Assembly: GCA_963575745.1 (NCBI GenBank) | Contig: CAUYUJ010000324.1 | Location: 1 to 64,000 of the forward strand | Length of the DNA: 64,000 bases | Reading direction: 5' to 3' | DNA from: Prorocentrum cordatum | Lineage: Eukaryota | Shown: positions 1 through 11,948 of the stretch, piece after piece | Layout of the letters: the number at the start of each line of letters is the position of its first letter | How positions within the stretch are numbered: position 1 is the stretch's first letter | Notes under the pieces: model-generated | Database searches by the model: none | Told to the model about the DNA's origin: nothing | Seen by the model: only the letters and a program-made list of their open reading frames with translations | Translations under genes and position numbers: made by a program

Positions 1-19
1 CCGCGCGCCGGTCGCTTAG

Positions 20-270
20 TGTCACGCGCGAGGTTTCCCCGCGGAATTCCCTCGATAGCTCGTCAGCAGCTGCGAACAAGTGGTCCGCGGTGCACCGGCC
101 GCCGAACCTCGTCGTCTCAGAGCGTGGTCGTATCTGCCTGTACGCCCTGTTATCTATATGAGTTCGTCGTGTCCCCAACGTCTTCGCCCGCTGGCGCGCC
201 GAACAGAACGGACACTTAGGGGCGCGTGTGCGCAGGTGCTGGCGGGAGACGGCCTCGCGCTGGAGGCCCT
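20..270 (-). pseudogene. Degenerate integrase HHCC zinc finger and start of the catalytic core
   Basis: Translation LQREAVSRQHLRTRAPKCPFCSARQRAK...RFGGRCTADHLF matches H-x3-H-P-x4-C-x2-C followed by FG..TADH. Two ligands are changed to Arg. Confidence 0.65.
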
Positions 271-869
271 CGTAGTTTGTTGCGCCCGCGGGCCCTGCTT
301 CTTCCATTGGGCCATCACCGTGGTCGTCGACTACCTCCGCGGCTCCTGATCCCCCGGGCGCCACCTCGGCGACCTCTTCTTCGTCCGGCGCAGACGCCGC
401 CGCCGAGCGGCGAGCCGCAGCCTCGCCCGCACTTCGGTCTTGACGTCGCGCTCCTGCAGCGCGGCCGCATTCGGGCACTGGCGCCGACGAGGTGTTTCTG
501 ATAACGAGACCCGTGTCCACGTTCGCCCATCCAAGTCCTGCCGCTGCATGGGGCTCGTAGTAGCAATAAGCGGATATATCAAACGTTCGCGCAACTGCCC
601 CGTCCGTGGTCAAGTTGTTTTCGGCGCCGTCCGACTTGATAATCAGCTCGCCGTCCGCGTGGGGGCCCCCTGCCATCGCCCGCCGCGAGCGCGGCTCAAA
701 GGTCGCGCGGCGCCCGATCGCCCGGAGCGGGGGTGCCGGGATCATTCGGGCAAGATCTCGCGCCGACCTCAACGCGCGCCCACCGCTCGAGCTCAGGCGA
801 GCCGGCGGGAGCTGCCTCGTCTACCTGACCCATGGCCCCTCTGCCTTCCATGGCAGGAGAGGGGATCTT

Positions 870-1190
870 GCCCTCGACTTAGAGTTCCAACCTCCTTCCT
901 CGCGGCGGCAGCAGGCGCGGTGCTCTGCCGGTTATCCAATGAAAACTGTAACCGCAGTCCACGCAGAGCTCCCCCACTGATACCGCGCTCGGAGTCTCCT
1001 GCGCGACAACCTTTCCCCACTATTCAGCATGTCGCTGGCAATCTAGACCGCGCCGAGGGCCCCCGCCCGGCCGCCTGCCGCATTCGGGGCAATGGGGGCG
1101 GCCAGCGGAAAGATCCTGCCCATCGTCTCTGCCCCTCGCAAGTGCTTGACAGATATCAGGTTCGAGCCGCAGCCCGCGCCGCCAATGGGC
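870..1190 (-). pseudogene. Degenerate retrotransposon aspartic protease
   Basis: Translation IGGAGCGSNLISV...TPSAVSVGELCVDCGYSFHWITGRAPRLLPPRGRRLEL*VEGKIP fits a copia-type protease pattern. The catalytic D-T/S-G is decayed and there are in-frame stops. Confidence 0.6.
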
Positions 1191-4100
1191 CGCGCGGGTC
1201 CAAGACGCGCGGGGACGACCTTCTTAATTCTAACTCGACAGGTTTCCCCCGTGCACTTGGCGTCGACCCCGTCTCTTTGCGCGTCGATCGGAGGGTCGCA
1301 GTGGCGGGCTGCGGCGCGCTCGGGCCCGCGCGTGCCTTCCTCTGTCCTCCGACGGAAGAACGCATCTATTCATCTGTCAGCTTTGATGGGGCGCTCTGGC
1401 TCGGCCCACCGTTCCTCGGCAGTTCAAGAGCCGGTCTCGGGGGCGACGATTTTTTCCAGCCTGCGGGCGCCTCGGCAGCTTCACATGTAAGTCCTCCGCG
1501 TTCCTGTCCTGTTCGCATGCTGGCGCAGCCAGAATGTCATCGCCAAATTCAAATGCGCGGTTATCATGACCTTGGCCATCTGCGTGAGACTCTCGACCGA
1601 GGATGGTCACCCCGCCTAATGGCGGCGTTCGGAATCCAGATCCAATGGAAAATGCTGCGGGAGCTGCGCATCGCGGCGCTCCCATCCTCGGGGCAAGGCA
1701 CAAGTGTTCCACCTGGGAACCCCCCAAACCGGCGCGGGTGACACAGTCGCCGGGCGCTGGTCGGGCAGGTCACGGATGTCCAAGGGCGTGGGCCCTGTCC
1801 AAACAGACCCTCCCGACTGGGCAGGTCTGTCCAGCCAGGTGCCTCCAGCATTGTCGTTTCTCCTTGCCGCGCCCTTGCCGCTCCCCTTCGACTTGTCCTC
1901 GTCGTTGCCTTGCGCAGGCGCGGCATTATTCTTGGCTTACTACGCCGCGGCGGACTTCTGGCCCTGGCTGCGCTTGCAGGGGACAGCTTTGCCGATGCTG
2001 TCCATGTGCGCCTCGCACTTGTCACGCGACTGCTTCCCATCCTTCGCGGCCTGCCTGCGTTCGCGAGGGCGCTTCTCAGGCGACAGTGGGCAGGGGCCGC
2101 GGCTAAGCGCGTGGCATAGTCAATTCTTCGCGGAGTTGACGCTGGAGGCGCGGGTCTGCGATCGACCCTGGTCATTGCCACCATCTATAGTTCGGTCAGC
2201 GGGGCGCCCCTCGCCCCTGCCGCGCACGTTGTCTTCCCCGTTTCTGCCCCCCCCCCCTGTGCCTGTCATTTTCTCCCCGCTGCTTTCGCCGCCATCCTTG
2301 CTAGCCCGAGCAGGCGCGGCCAGTGCTGGAGCGGCAGGGTCGCCACTTCCTTTTGGGCTCAGGCATCGGCACTGTGCTCGGGAGCCTGGGCACTTGCTCT
2401 GGGGGAACTTGTTGCAGGTGGCCGACTTCTCTAAGCGACCGTCTTTAATGTAGAGAGCATGCCCGCCCTTGCCGGCCCTCGACCCCCCCGCCGCCCCCCG
2501 CGCCCCCCGCGGGAAGGCCGCGGGTGTTCAGCGCTATCCGCTCCTTCTCGCGGTTGATCTGCCCGCGCCCCTTCTCCGTGAAATCGCTGACCTTCAATGG
2601 CAACCACTCGTGCGACTTCATCCCAGCGCCGCGCTCGTCGCTGCAATGATCATAGATCACCAGTGTCTCTTGCATGCAAGGATGCTGTTTCATTTGTCGC
2701 TAGAAAGGTTCCTGCGTGGCGGGGCGGAACGAGTCATTCAATTCCACCATCGCGTTGGGCTTCCTCACCCGCTCGTCATAGCGAAAGAATAGGTCGCCAT
2801 CCGCTTTCTTGCCCGGACCGCGGATCGCGCCACCCTGACCCTGGTCCTGACGGGTGGTCACATGGACGGCAATGATACGTATAATCTCACGACCCTTGAT
2901 CATGTTCCCGGCGGCTTGCGTGGAGATGTCTAGCATTTCTATCTCACCTGCGAGGTGACGGAGCAAAGATTAATATTGCCTGCCACTGACTATCTCGCTA
3001 ACCTTTGCCATGGGGTCTGCCGTAAGCATTGGGTCAAGCCTGACGAAATGGCCCGGGCCCTTCAACTCGTCTACCTCGACGTTCTTGAGATCGAACGCGT
3101 CCGCCACCCAGCTGACGGCTTCAGATCGGCGATGCCGATGCCGCAGTCCTGACCACTTTGCGCTGCCATCGCTTGAAATTGGCGACGTTTGGGATCGCTT
3201 CCCAGACTGCTCGATCAAATGTTACTGGCATCCTCTCAGCGCTGCGCAGCGGCAGGAGCCGCGAAGGAGCGGGCGTGCCACCGTCGCCGCCGCTTCCGGG
3301 CGGGGCGCCGCCAGGCGGTCCTCCGTCGGGCGCTGGGCACTGGGCACTCTTCGTCTCCAGGATAGTAGTCCTCATCGTCCTCGTCGTCGTCGTCGTCGTC
3401 GCCATCTCCGCCACCTGGAAGTCCTCGTCTCTTCGCCATCTCCGCCACTCTTCGTCTCAGTTGTCCTTATCGTCATCTGGAGGACCTGGGCCTGGAAGTT
3501 TCGGTGCCGCGTCTCCATGGCGTCTTCCCGCGTGGAGGTGTTCGACGAGCCCCCCAGCCCCGCCGGCGCGCGCCGGCAGAGAAGTCCCCTTGCGGGCTTG
3601 GACTGGCTCGGGGTCTGACTTCATACCCCTCTGCTCTTGAGCGCAATTCTCAGCCTTGCCCTCTCTTTCCTGGGTCTGCCGTAGTAACGCGGCAGCCGCT
3701 TCGGCTCGTTGCTCGCGCATTCCCTTGACCTTCGCCTTGCGCTCAACCTGCATCCCGGCATGGTCCTCTTCCCGCTGCATTGCCTGTTCGAGCATGTCCT
3801 TGAAACTCGCATGTTCAACCCTCGCGGCCCGCTCAAGCTCGCGCAGCCTCTGTGACGCGCCGCTTTTCGCCCGGTTCTCATCCTATCCCGAGGCGCGCCC
3901 GCGGGCAGACGCAGGCCGTGGCGGGCAGTTAGGAGGGCGAGCCCCTGGCGCAGAGGCAGCGGCATTCTGTTCCTCGAGCTTCCTGCTCGCCTCGCGTGCC
4001 TCGCAATTTCTCTTTGGAGCCTTTGCCCGCTGCGCCGTCTCTCCGCGTCGTCTCCTCGCCGTGGCAGCGCGCGCGCATCTCGTCCCCCGGGGCAAAAAGA

Positions 4101-4915
4101 TCGTCGCAAACGCCCCTGTTGCGCGAGGTGCAGTCGCGAGAAGCAACCTCGGGGCATAAGGGGCACCGCAGCGCGCCCGCATAAAGAGACGCGCTGCGTT
4201 CCCCTGCAAAGCGGGTCGCCCAGCCGCGGGCGGGGCTGGCGGCGGGGGGGCCGGATCGGCAGCTGCGCGTGGGCCTACTGCTGATCTGGCCCCCGATGAT
4301 GCCGCAGGGGGCACTCCAACTGGGTTCCACTGCGTCGGATGATCGTTCAGCTTGCGATGCAAGTTGCCCCGTTCGGCACCCCGGCCCCTCGTCGCCCGGG
4401 CAGCCTGCTGCTCTGCCTCGCGACCGCCGGCAGTGACCTTCTCCTCGGCGTGCGCCTCGACAAGATGCACCCCTTCCCGAGCGCGTTGTACTTTGGCCGC
4501 ATGGCGGGCAGAACTCTCGACGGCAGCGACGCGATCCGCGGACTGCTCGACGGCGGCGGCCGCCTCCGCGGCTAAACGCGCGCTCCGATTTCTGCTGCTC
4601 GCAACTCCTGGGCCGCCCCCGACGCAGCCGCGCGCCGCGCTTCGCCGGCCCCGCGGGCGACGCGCCCGGCTTCCTAGGCAAGGTGATTTCCTAAAGTTGC
4701 GCATGGCGTTCAGATGCGACTGTTACCTCCGGCCCGCTGGCGAGCCCCCCCATCTCCGTCGTCGTCGCCAAGGCCTGCTGGGCTGCCGCCGCCTGCTGGC
4801 TCCCCTCGGGAAATCCCATGGCGCTCGCTATAGCTTCCTCGTCTCCCTCCAGCTGGAGAGCAACGGCAGCTTGTTGCTGTAACTCCGACTGTCGTTGCTG
4901 TTCGCGCATCTCAGC

Positions 4916-4919
<4 letters not shown>

Positions 4920-4969
<50 letters not shown>

Positions 4970-4985
4970 CTCTCTATTATTAATA

Positions 4986-5040
<55 letters not shown>

Positions 5041-5530
5041 CTTTTGTATCTCTCTCCACACACATATATATATAAATAAATAAATAGATATATATATATA
5101 TATATATTATCTCTCTCTTCTCTCTCTCTCCCTCTCTCTCTGTCTTGCTCTCTCTCTCTCTCTCTTTTGTGTTTGTTTTTTTTGTCTCTCTCTCTATATA
5201 TATCTCCTCTTTTGATTTTGTGTTCTCTCTCTCTCTCTCTCTCTCTTTCTATCTCCCTCTCTCTCTTTCTCTCTTGTTTTTTTGTCATCCCTCTCTCTTC
5301 AGGAGGTCTCTCTCTCCTCTCTCTTTTTTTTTTTCCTCTCTCTTCTCTCTCTCTCTCTACTCTCTCTCTCTTCTCTCTCTCTCTCTTTCTTTCTCTCTCC
5401 TCTCTCTCTCTCTTCTCTATTGGCTTTTTCTTTCTTCTTTCTTTCTCTCCTCCCTTCTCTTCTCTCTCTCCTCTCTCTCTCCTTCTTCTCCCTCCCTCTC
5501 TCTCTCTTCTCTCCCTACTTTGTTTTCTCT

Positions 5531-5562
<32 letters not shown>

Positions 5563-5784
5563 ACTCTCTCTTCTCTTCTCCCTCTCCTCTCTCCTCTCTC
5601 GCTCACTCTCTTCTCTCTCCTCATTTCGCTCTTCTCTCTTCCCTTCTCTCTCTCTCTCTCTCTCTCTCTCCCTCTCTTTCTCTTCTCTTTCACTTTTTTT
5701 TCTTTTTTTAAATTTGTTTTTCTTCTTTATGTTTTATTTCTTTGTTTCTCCTTCTCTCTTTCATTCTTTCTTTCTTTTTTTTTC

Positions 5785-5880
<96 letters not shown>

Positions 5881-5898
5881 CTCTCTCCCCCCTCTCTC
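4920..5898. repeat. (CT)n / pyrimidine-rich microsatellite block
   Basis: About 1 kb of imperfect CT dinucleotide repeat with (TA)n and T-rich patches. Confidence 0.97.
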
Positions 5899-6188
5899 TG
5901 GCCCCCATGGCCTCGAGCCTCTTATCTCATTGGCTTCTCGCCACTCGCGCGCGCAAGCCTGCGCAATTATGCGATGTGGGGGCGTGGCAAGTCGGGCATG
6001 GGATGTCCTCGTTTCAGAGGTCGCAGATATCCGAGCAACCGCGGCAGTCTGGCCTCTTGCGCTGCCCCAGCGCACAAGGGAACCGAGACTCAGGAACCGC
6101 GGCAGATTGCGGCCCGAAGCGAGCGCGCTTTGCGTTGATGCGCATGCTAAACGCATTCGACCGACCCGATCATCAGGTAGGCAAATAG

Positions 6189-6439
6189 AGGCCCCCCAGA
6201 CGGGGTCGGAGCAGATGGGGTCGGAAAATCATGCCGCATCGCCGATGCGTCGGCGATGCGTCGTCGATGCGTCGTTGATGCATCGGAGATGCACCGGCGA
6301 TGCGTCGTCGACGTTGGCGATGCGTTCGGCGACGTCGACGCGGCGCAAGTCGGGCTGCGCATCGAGCCGCATCGGCGATGCATCGGCGACGCGGCGCGAT
6401 CCTCCGACCCCATCTGCTCCGACCCCATCTAGGAGGCCT
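6189..6439. mobile_element. MITE-like element with about 45-bp terminal inverted repeats
   Basis: The left arm aggccccccagacggggtcggagcagatggggtcggaaaatc matches the reverse complement of the right arm, aggcctcctagatggggtcggagcagatggggtcggaggatc. The interior is made of cgatgcgtcggcgatg repeats, and related sequence occurs at about 57830-57930. Confidence 0.65.
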
Positions 6440-7129
6440 ACAGATAAGTCGGGCGCTTCCGAGCGCGGCCTTGGGGCCCCAGGCCTGCCCCCCCCGGCGC
6501 CCCTCTCGCGGGGGGGGCGGGTCCGCGGGTCAGGCGTCTCGGGCATCGCGGTCGATGGTCGATGGCCAGTCAGGGCAGGGCGCGGGGGGGGGGCCGGGCG
6601 CGCAGCTACTGGGCCCCACCCGCGGAGCGGGAACAAACCCGTCCTCGGGAATGCCGTCGGCCTTCATCCGCTTACCGAACGGCGACGTCACAGAAAGGCC
6701 GACCGCCTCGCGCCTTTGCTCGCTGGTTCCCCTGGCCGGGCTGCCCGCGGAGTGACCCTCCGCGATCTCCCCCGGGCCTAAATCATCGGATGAAATCGCA
6801 GCCTCTTCGCCGCAGGCGAAGGGCGCCTGTGTAGGAGGCCGACAGTCGGCCAACGGAGCAGGGGATATGATGCCATAGGCCTCGCCCTCCCTTTCTGCGA
6901 CAGGCGAGCGCCGCGGTGGGCAATCGGCCTCGGCGTCGATCTGCGAACAACATTCTCCTCTGACGAAATGGACTCCACATAGTGCCGCGTGCTGCTCACC
7001 GTCCGACGGGCGAATTGGAACTTCAAAATGACCCGCGATTGGTAACGGCATCTGCTCGCCGCCCTCGTGCCCGTCGGACTCCTTGTCGCCCTTGGCCTTC
7101 GGGGCGTCCGGGCGACGCTCGTCGCCGTA

Positions 7130-7500
7130 GGACATATTTGCTAGGTTATCCGACATCGCCGGTTGAATAATCTCTTGGAACATTCGCACATAAGCCGTGG
7201 CGTTGATCTTCTTTCTTTCGCACATCATCCACTGCGGGTAGAAACATAGTGATCCTCTTCGATGACGCCACTTTCACCGATGCTGGTAATTTGGGCAACT
7301 ATTCGATATTTTGTAACTTTCCCGTCAGGAGCGGAGCTTGCGCAGCCCGATTAAACAGCAATGCGTGTGTTTTTTTTGGAGATGATCTCCTCCTTGCACG
7401 AGTTGCGTGCTGGGATCTCAGCGGTCTATTGGTGACGAAATCATTGTGGCCATGGCGCGGTGTACTAGTGTGCCGTGAAGCTACGACAGTGATCACAATA
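7130..7500 (-). pseudogene. Possible Tc1/IS630-type DDE transposase remnant
   Basis: Frameshifted translation KLPASVKV.SS / RGSLCFYPQW..KKINATAYVRMFQEIIQPAM resembles the Tc1 KHPASVMVW..G.L.F...KIN...Y...L...L.P segment. The catalytic residues are not recognisable. Confidence 0.35.
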
Positions 7501-7699
7501 TTCGGAGGAGGGCCGGCTGGCCGGCGGGCGCGCGGACGCCCCCCGTTGTGGCCACAGCCAGAACAGCTGCAGTAAACTTAAGCAAGTGAAGCTGAGGCAT
7601 GGCAGGGGAGTGACTAAATCAACTAAAGCTTTGGGGTCCTGGCCCCATCACCTTCCCCCCTGCACTCGCCCCTCGCTTGAATGACTCGGGCGATGTCGG

Positions 7700-7990
7700 C
7701 CATCTTGGAGGCCCTGGGGGCGACACAGAATGCCCAAATCGACTAAATGTCTTAGCTTTCTGCGTGATCTTGACGTTCTCGCCGCATTGGTCGCAGGAGC
7801 GTCCAAAACGGCCCCACGAGTGGCCCAGGAGGCTTCCAAGACGGCCCCAAGGGGGGCCCCAAAAGAGCGCCAACGTCGCACCAATGGAAGACAATCCCTC
7901 CAACATGATCCCAAGACACCAGTACGCCCAAGACGCGCCCAAGTGGGCCACGAAGGCTCCCAGAACCCCCCCAAGACGAGGCCTTGGAAT
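7700..7990 (+). repeat. Dispersed ccaagaggccc / ccaagacggccc repeat family copy
   Basis: Degenerate 10-12-bp units. The same family is seen at about 28080-28540, 29280-29917, 39320-39480, 57100-57420 and 61250-61520. Confidence 0.7.
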
Positions 7991-8339
7991 CATCTCGATC
8001 CTTCCCGAGCACGACCCACGCGCAGTAGCAGGGTGCGCCGGAGACCATTCCATGTTCGCCCTCGCATTCAAGCCGCCACCGTCCCGCGCCCCCTTCCCCA
8101 TTCCGCTTCTTGCGCTCAAGCTGTTCCCTTCGAAGGGTCGGCCCGGCGGCACCGGCTGCAAAGCCTTTGACATTCTCTTTCTCTTTCACCTCCTCCTTCT
8201 CCCCCTCCCACTCTACCACCTCACCCCCCTGCCCCTGGCCCTCCCTCTCGCTTCCCCCATCCTGCTCCTGGTCATTCCCCTTTTCGCCTTCCTCGTCTTC
8301 TTACCTCTTCCCTCCTGCCTCCTTCATTTTTCCCCTCCT

Positions 8340-8620
8340 CCTGCTTCTCCTTGTCGTCCTCCTCCCCCTCGTCGTCGTCGTCCTCCTCCTCCTCTTCCTA
8401 TTCCTCCTCCCCCTCTCTCTCTTCCTCCTCCTCCTCCTCCTCCTCCACCTCCTCCTCGTCCTCCTCCTCCTCCTCCCTCTCCTCCTCCTCCCCTCTCTAC
8501 TCCTCCTCCTCCTCCTCCTCCTCCTACCTCCTCCTCCTCCTCCTCCTCCTCCTCCTCCTCCTCCTCCTCCTCCTCCTCCTCCTCCTCCTCCTCCTCCGTC
8601 TCCTCGCCCTCCACCTCCCC
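8340..8620. repeat. (CCT)n microsatellite
   Basis: Long imperfect CCT trinucleotide run. Confidence 0.95.
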
Positions 8621-8707
8621 CTTCACAATTACTCAATATGAAAATACTCCCCCTCTCTCCCTGATGGCGTCCGGGTGATGGCCGCGCACCCTCCGCGTAC
8701 TGTTTTT

Positions 8708-10545
8708 CCCCACCATTCTGTGGTGTTGGGTCCTCGTTTTGAAGAGACGTTGCCCCGCGTTCCTCCTCCTCCTTCCTCCTCCTCCCCTTCCTCCCCCCTC
8801 CTCCCCCTCCCACACCCATTCTGGCACACCCCTCACACGTTTCGTGGCCCCATAGGGAGCTCCACCGAAGGCCCCAGTGGCTGCGCCCGCATGCGGTTCC
8901 ACCCCCCATTCTGGCACACCCCTCACACGTTTCGTGGCCCCATAGGGAGCTCCACCGAAGGCCCCAGTGGCTGCGCCCGCATGCGGTTCCACCCCCCATT
9001 CTGGCACACCCCTCACACGTTTCGTGGCCCCATAGGGAGCTCCACCGAAGGCCCCAGTGGCTGCGCCCGCATGCGGTTCCACCCCCCATTCTGGCACACC
9101 CCTCACACGCTTCGTGGCCCCATAGGGAGCTCCACCGAAGGCCCCAGTGGCTGCGCCCGCATGCGGTTCCACCCCCCATTCTGGCACACCCCTCACACGT
9201 TTCGTGGCCCCATAGGGAGCTCCACCGAAGGCCCCAGTGGCTGCGCCCGCATGCGGTTCCACCCCCCATTCTGGCACACCCCTCACACGTTTCGTGGCCC
9301 CATAGGGAGCTCCACCGAAGGCCCCAGTGGCTGCGCCCGCATGCGGTTCCACCCCCCATTCTGGCACACCCCTCACACGTTTCGTGGCCCCATAGGGAGC
9401 TCCACCGAAGGCCCCAGTGGCTGCGCCCGCATGCGGTTCCACCCCCATTCTGGCACACCCCTCACACGTTTCGTGGCCCCATAGGGAGCTCCACCGAAGG
9501 CCCCAGTGGCTGCGCCCGCATGCGGTTCCACCCCCCATTCTGGCACACCCCTCACACGTTTCGTGGCCCCATAGGGAGCTCCACCGAAGGCCCCAGTGGC
9601 TGCGCCCGCATGCGGTTCCACCCCCCATTCTTCTGGCACACCCCTCACACGCTTCGTGGCCCCATAGGGAGCTCCACCGAAGCCAGTGGCTGCGCTCGCA
9701 TGGGGGCACACCCCTCACACGCTTCGTGGGTGGCTCCATGGGGAGCTCCACCGAACGCCCCAGTGGCTGCGCTCGCATGTGGTTCCCCCCGCATTTCGGC
9801 ACACCCCTCACACGGTTCGTGGCCCCATAGAGAGCTCCACCGAAGGCGCCAGTGGCTGCGCCCGCATGCGGTTCCGCCCCTTTTTTCGGCACGCCCTTCA
9901 CACGTCTCGTGGCCCCATAGGGAGCTCCACCGGATGCCGCAGTGGCTGCGCTCGCATGCGGTTCCACCCCCCATTTCGGCACATCCCTCAGACGTTTCAT
10001 GGCTCCATAGCTCCACCGAAGGCCCCAGTGGCTGCGCTGGCATGCGGTTCCACACCCCATTCTGGCACACCCCTCGCACGTTTCGTGGCCCCATAAAGGG
10101 GGCTCCACCAAAAGGTCCCAGTGGCACTGCCCGCTTGCGTCCGCCACCACCCAGCACAGCCCTTGTTCCCTGCGTTTCACCCACCCAGAACAGCGCTTCG
10201 TAGCCCTATAGGGAGCTCCACCAAAGGTCCCAGCGGCACCGCCCGCATGCGTCCGCCACCACCCTGCGCAGCCCTTGCTCCATGCCTGCGTTTCACCCAC
10301 CCAGTACAGCGTTTCGTGGCCCCATAGGGAGCTCCACCGAAGGTCCCAGTGGCACCGCTCGCATGCGTCCGCCACCACGCAGCACAGCCCTTGCTGACCG
10401 CGTCTCACCCACCCAGTACAGCGTTTCGTGGCCCCATAGGGAGCTCCACCGAAGGTCCCAGTGGCACCGCCCGCATGCGTCCGCCACCACCCAGCACAAT
10501 TGCGGCATTCACAACTGCATATGGTTGGGTCCTTCGCCAAGCTAA
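8708..10545 (-). mobile_element. Non-autonomous inserted element carrying a 90-bp minisatellite
   Basis: Absent from the homologous copy at about 53291 and flanked by T-runs (8703-8707 and 10546-10549). Both ends contain gttgggtcct. Strand is inferred from the A-run at the minus-strand 3' end. Confidence 0.7.
8821..10500. repeat. 90-bp tandem minisatellite: about 10 near-identical copies, then degenerate and longer variant units
   Basis: Unit ctggcacacccctcacacgtttcgtggccccatagggagctccaccgaaggccccagtggctgcgcccgcatgcggttccaccccccatt starts at 8821, 8911, 9001, 9091, 9181, 9271, 9361, 9450, 9540 and about 9632. Confidence 0.97.
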
Positions 10546-11401
10546 TTTTACACACAAGATGCCCGGGAAATCCCGGGAAACGACTCTCGCTGAAGCGCCG
10601 GCGTCATTTTTTACCAAAATGCTGCTCTCGTTGAGGCGCCGGCCTCATTCCTGCTCCCGAATCGTTCCGAATCGTGCTCCCGCTGCAGCGTGGGCCTCAT
10701 TTTCGGATCGGTGTTTGGCCTCCGTCGTTCAGGATGGCGTTCTCGCCCCAGCGCGGGCCTTTTTCTCGCGCGCCCATCCGCCCGCCACCACCGCGCCGCA
10801 CCGCCACCACCACCACCACCACCACCACCACCACCACAACCACCACCAGCACCAGCACCAGTACCAACACCACCACCACCAGCACCACCACCACCACCAC
10901 CAGCACCACCACCACCACCATCACCACCACCACCACCACCACCACCACCACCACTACCACCACCACCACCACCACCACGACAACCACGCACACACGCACG
11001 CACGCACGCACGTGCACCACCACCCACTACGCACGCGCGCGCGGAGCCACAGGTCCGCTACGACACGCGTCCGCGGATAGAGAAAATCAGCGCCATGCAC
11101 CACTACCACCCCCACCACCACCACGACAACCACGAACACACGCACGCACGCACGCACGTTCACCACCAACCACTACGCACGCGCGCGCGGAGCCACAGGT
11201 CCGCTACGACACGCGTCCGCGGATAGAGAAAATCAGCGCCATGGTAAGGGATGGGAGGGAGGGGTAGGACGTCAGATATGACGCGAGCGCACCTAGCTTG
11301 CCCCCTCCCCTCCCTGTCATACCCATCCTCCTTCCGCCTGCTCCCCATCTCACCTGCGCCCCATCCATCCTCTGCACAGGATCCCGCAGGCAACCGGTAA
11401 A

Positions 11402-11464
11402 CTACTTGCCCTTCTTGGGAGGAAGCGTGGCCGCTGCCGGCACGTCCTCCGCCTGCTTGGCCTC
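11402..11464 (-). CDS. Probable last coding exon of an unidentified host gene (EAKQAEDVPAAATLPPKKGK*)
   Basis: AG acceptor, exactly 21 codons ending in TAG, high GC3, and in-frame splicing to the exon at 11857-11948. Confidence 0.55.
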   Translation of the reverse strand, partial: EAKQAEDVPAAATLPPKKGK

Positions 11465-11856
11465 CTCGGCTGCTGGAGGAGGACAGGACCACGCACACGA
11501 TAAGGATGATGAGAAAGAGGGGTAGGCAGGAGCAGGAGGTGTGGGGAAAGTAGGACGGGGAATAAGACGAGGATGAATAGGAGGAGGAGGAGGAGGAGGA
11601 GGAGGAGGAGGAGCAGGAGGACAAGGACGACAGGACAGGGAGGGGGAGGAGTAGCAGCGTTTGGGACGTGGGTAAGGGGTATGACATAAAGGGGTGTGGT
11701 GCCAATCGCGGGACTGGCGATCTTCTCTGCGGTGCATGAAGCCGACAGATTCGGGATTGGCACCGCACACCTTCACACCACACTTTTTTCCGGCCTTCAG
11801 GAGCATGAGGAGCAGGCGGGCAAGGACGGGGAGGAGAGGCAGGAGCAGGCGCGGTC

Positions 11857-11948
11857 CTCGGCCGCCTTGGCCTCCTTAGCCCTCTTCCTGGCAGCCTTCA
11901 TGGCGCCGACCGCCTCGTCGAAGACCGCCTTGAACTCGTCGAGGGGGC
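11857..11948 (-). CDS. Probable penultimate exon of the host gene ((G)PLDEFKAVFDEAVGAMKAARKRAKEAKAAE)
   Basis: AG acceptor, AG|GA donor, almost all codons ending in G or C, helical charged peptide; GCCGAGGA is repeated at both ends of the following 392-nt intron. Confidence 0.6.

Larger units (their letters stand above)
1..4920 (-). mobile_element. Decayed Ty1/copia-like LTR retrotransposon internal region (gag, protease, integrase N-terminus), running off the window start
   Basis: Minus-strand translation through stops and frameshifts gives gag-like segments (IPNVANFKRWQRKVVRTAASAS; WVADAFDLKNVEVDELKGPGHFVRLD; MIKGREIIRII; KQHPCMQETLVIYDH..KSHEWL at about 2450-3250), a degenerate CCCH finger at about 2060-2120, then protease and integrase motifs. 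Integrase directly after protease is the copia domain order. The upstream end is broken by the (CT)n block. Confidence 0.75.
8624..11300 (+). repeat. Dispersed repeat (copy 1), interrupted by an insertion at 8708-10545; contains (CAC)n and a local duplication of about 140 bp
   Basis: 8624-8707 plus 10546-11300 align co-linearly with 53208-53900 (cacaattactcaatatgaaaat...tgttttt | ...gggaaatcccgggaaacgactctcgctga...ggatagagaaaatcagcgccatggtaagggat). Confidence 0.85.

Noticed and set aside
440..1741. 433-aa plus-strand ORF and similar Arg/Pro/Ala-rich ORFs
   Set aside because: Antisense shadows of the decayed copia element or chance GC-rich frames, with no motifs.
4920..5900. Long Leu/Ser, Arg/Glu, poly-His, poly-Met and poly-Asp ORFs here and at 10.8, 18.6, 21.4, 42.8, 43.9 and 61.6 kb
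   Set aside because: They are translations of microsatellites, open in several frames on both strands.
6955..7025. Plus-strand KWTPHSAACCSPSD resembling the Tc1 WPPNSPDLNP motif
   Set aside because: Weak match, and on the opposite strand to the other putative transposase fragments.
8821..10500. 90-bp array as a CRISPR array or a repeat-protein gene
   Set aside because: Units are contiguous and near-identical with no unique spacers, and there are no cas genes. The long ORFs arise only because 90 is a multiple of 3.
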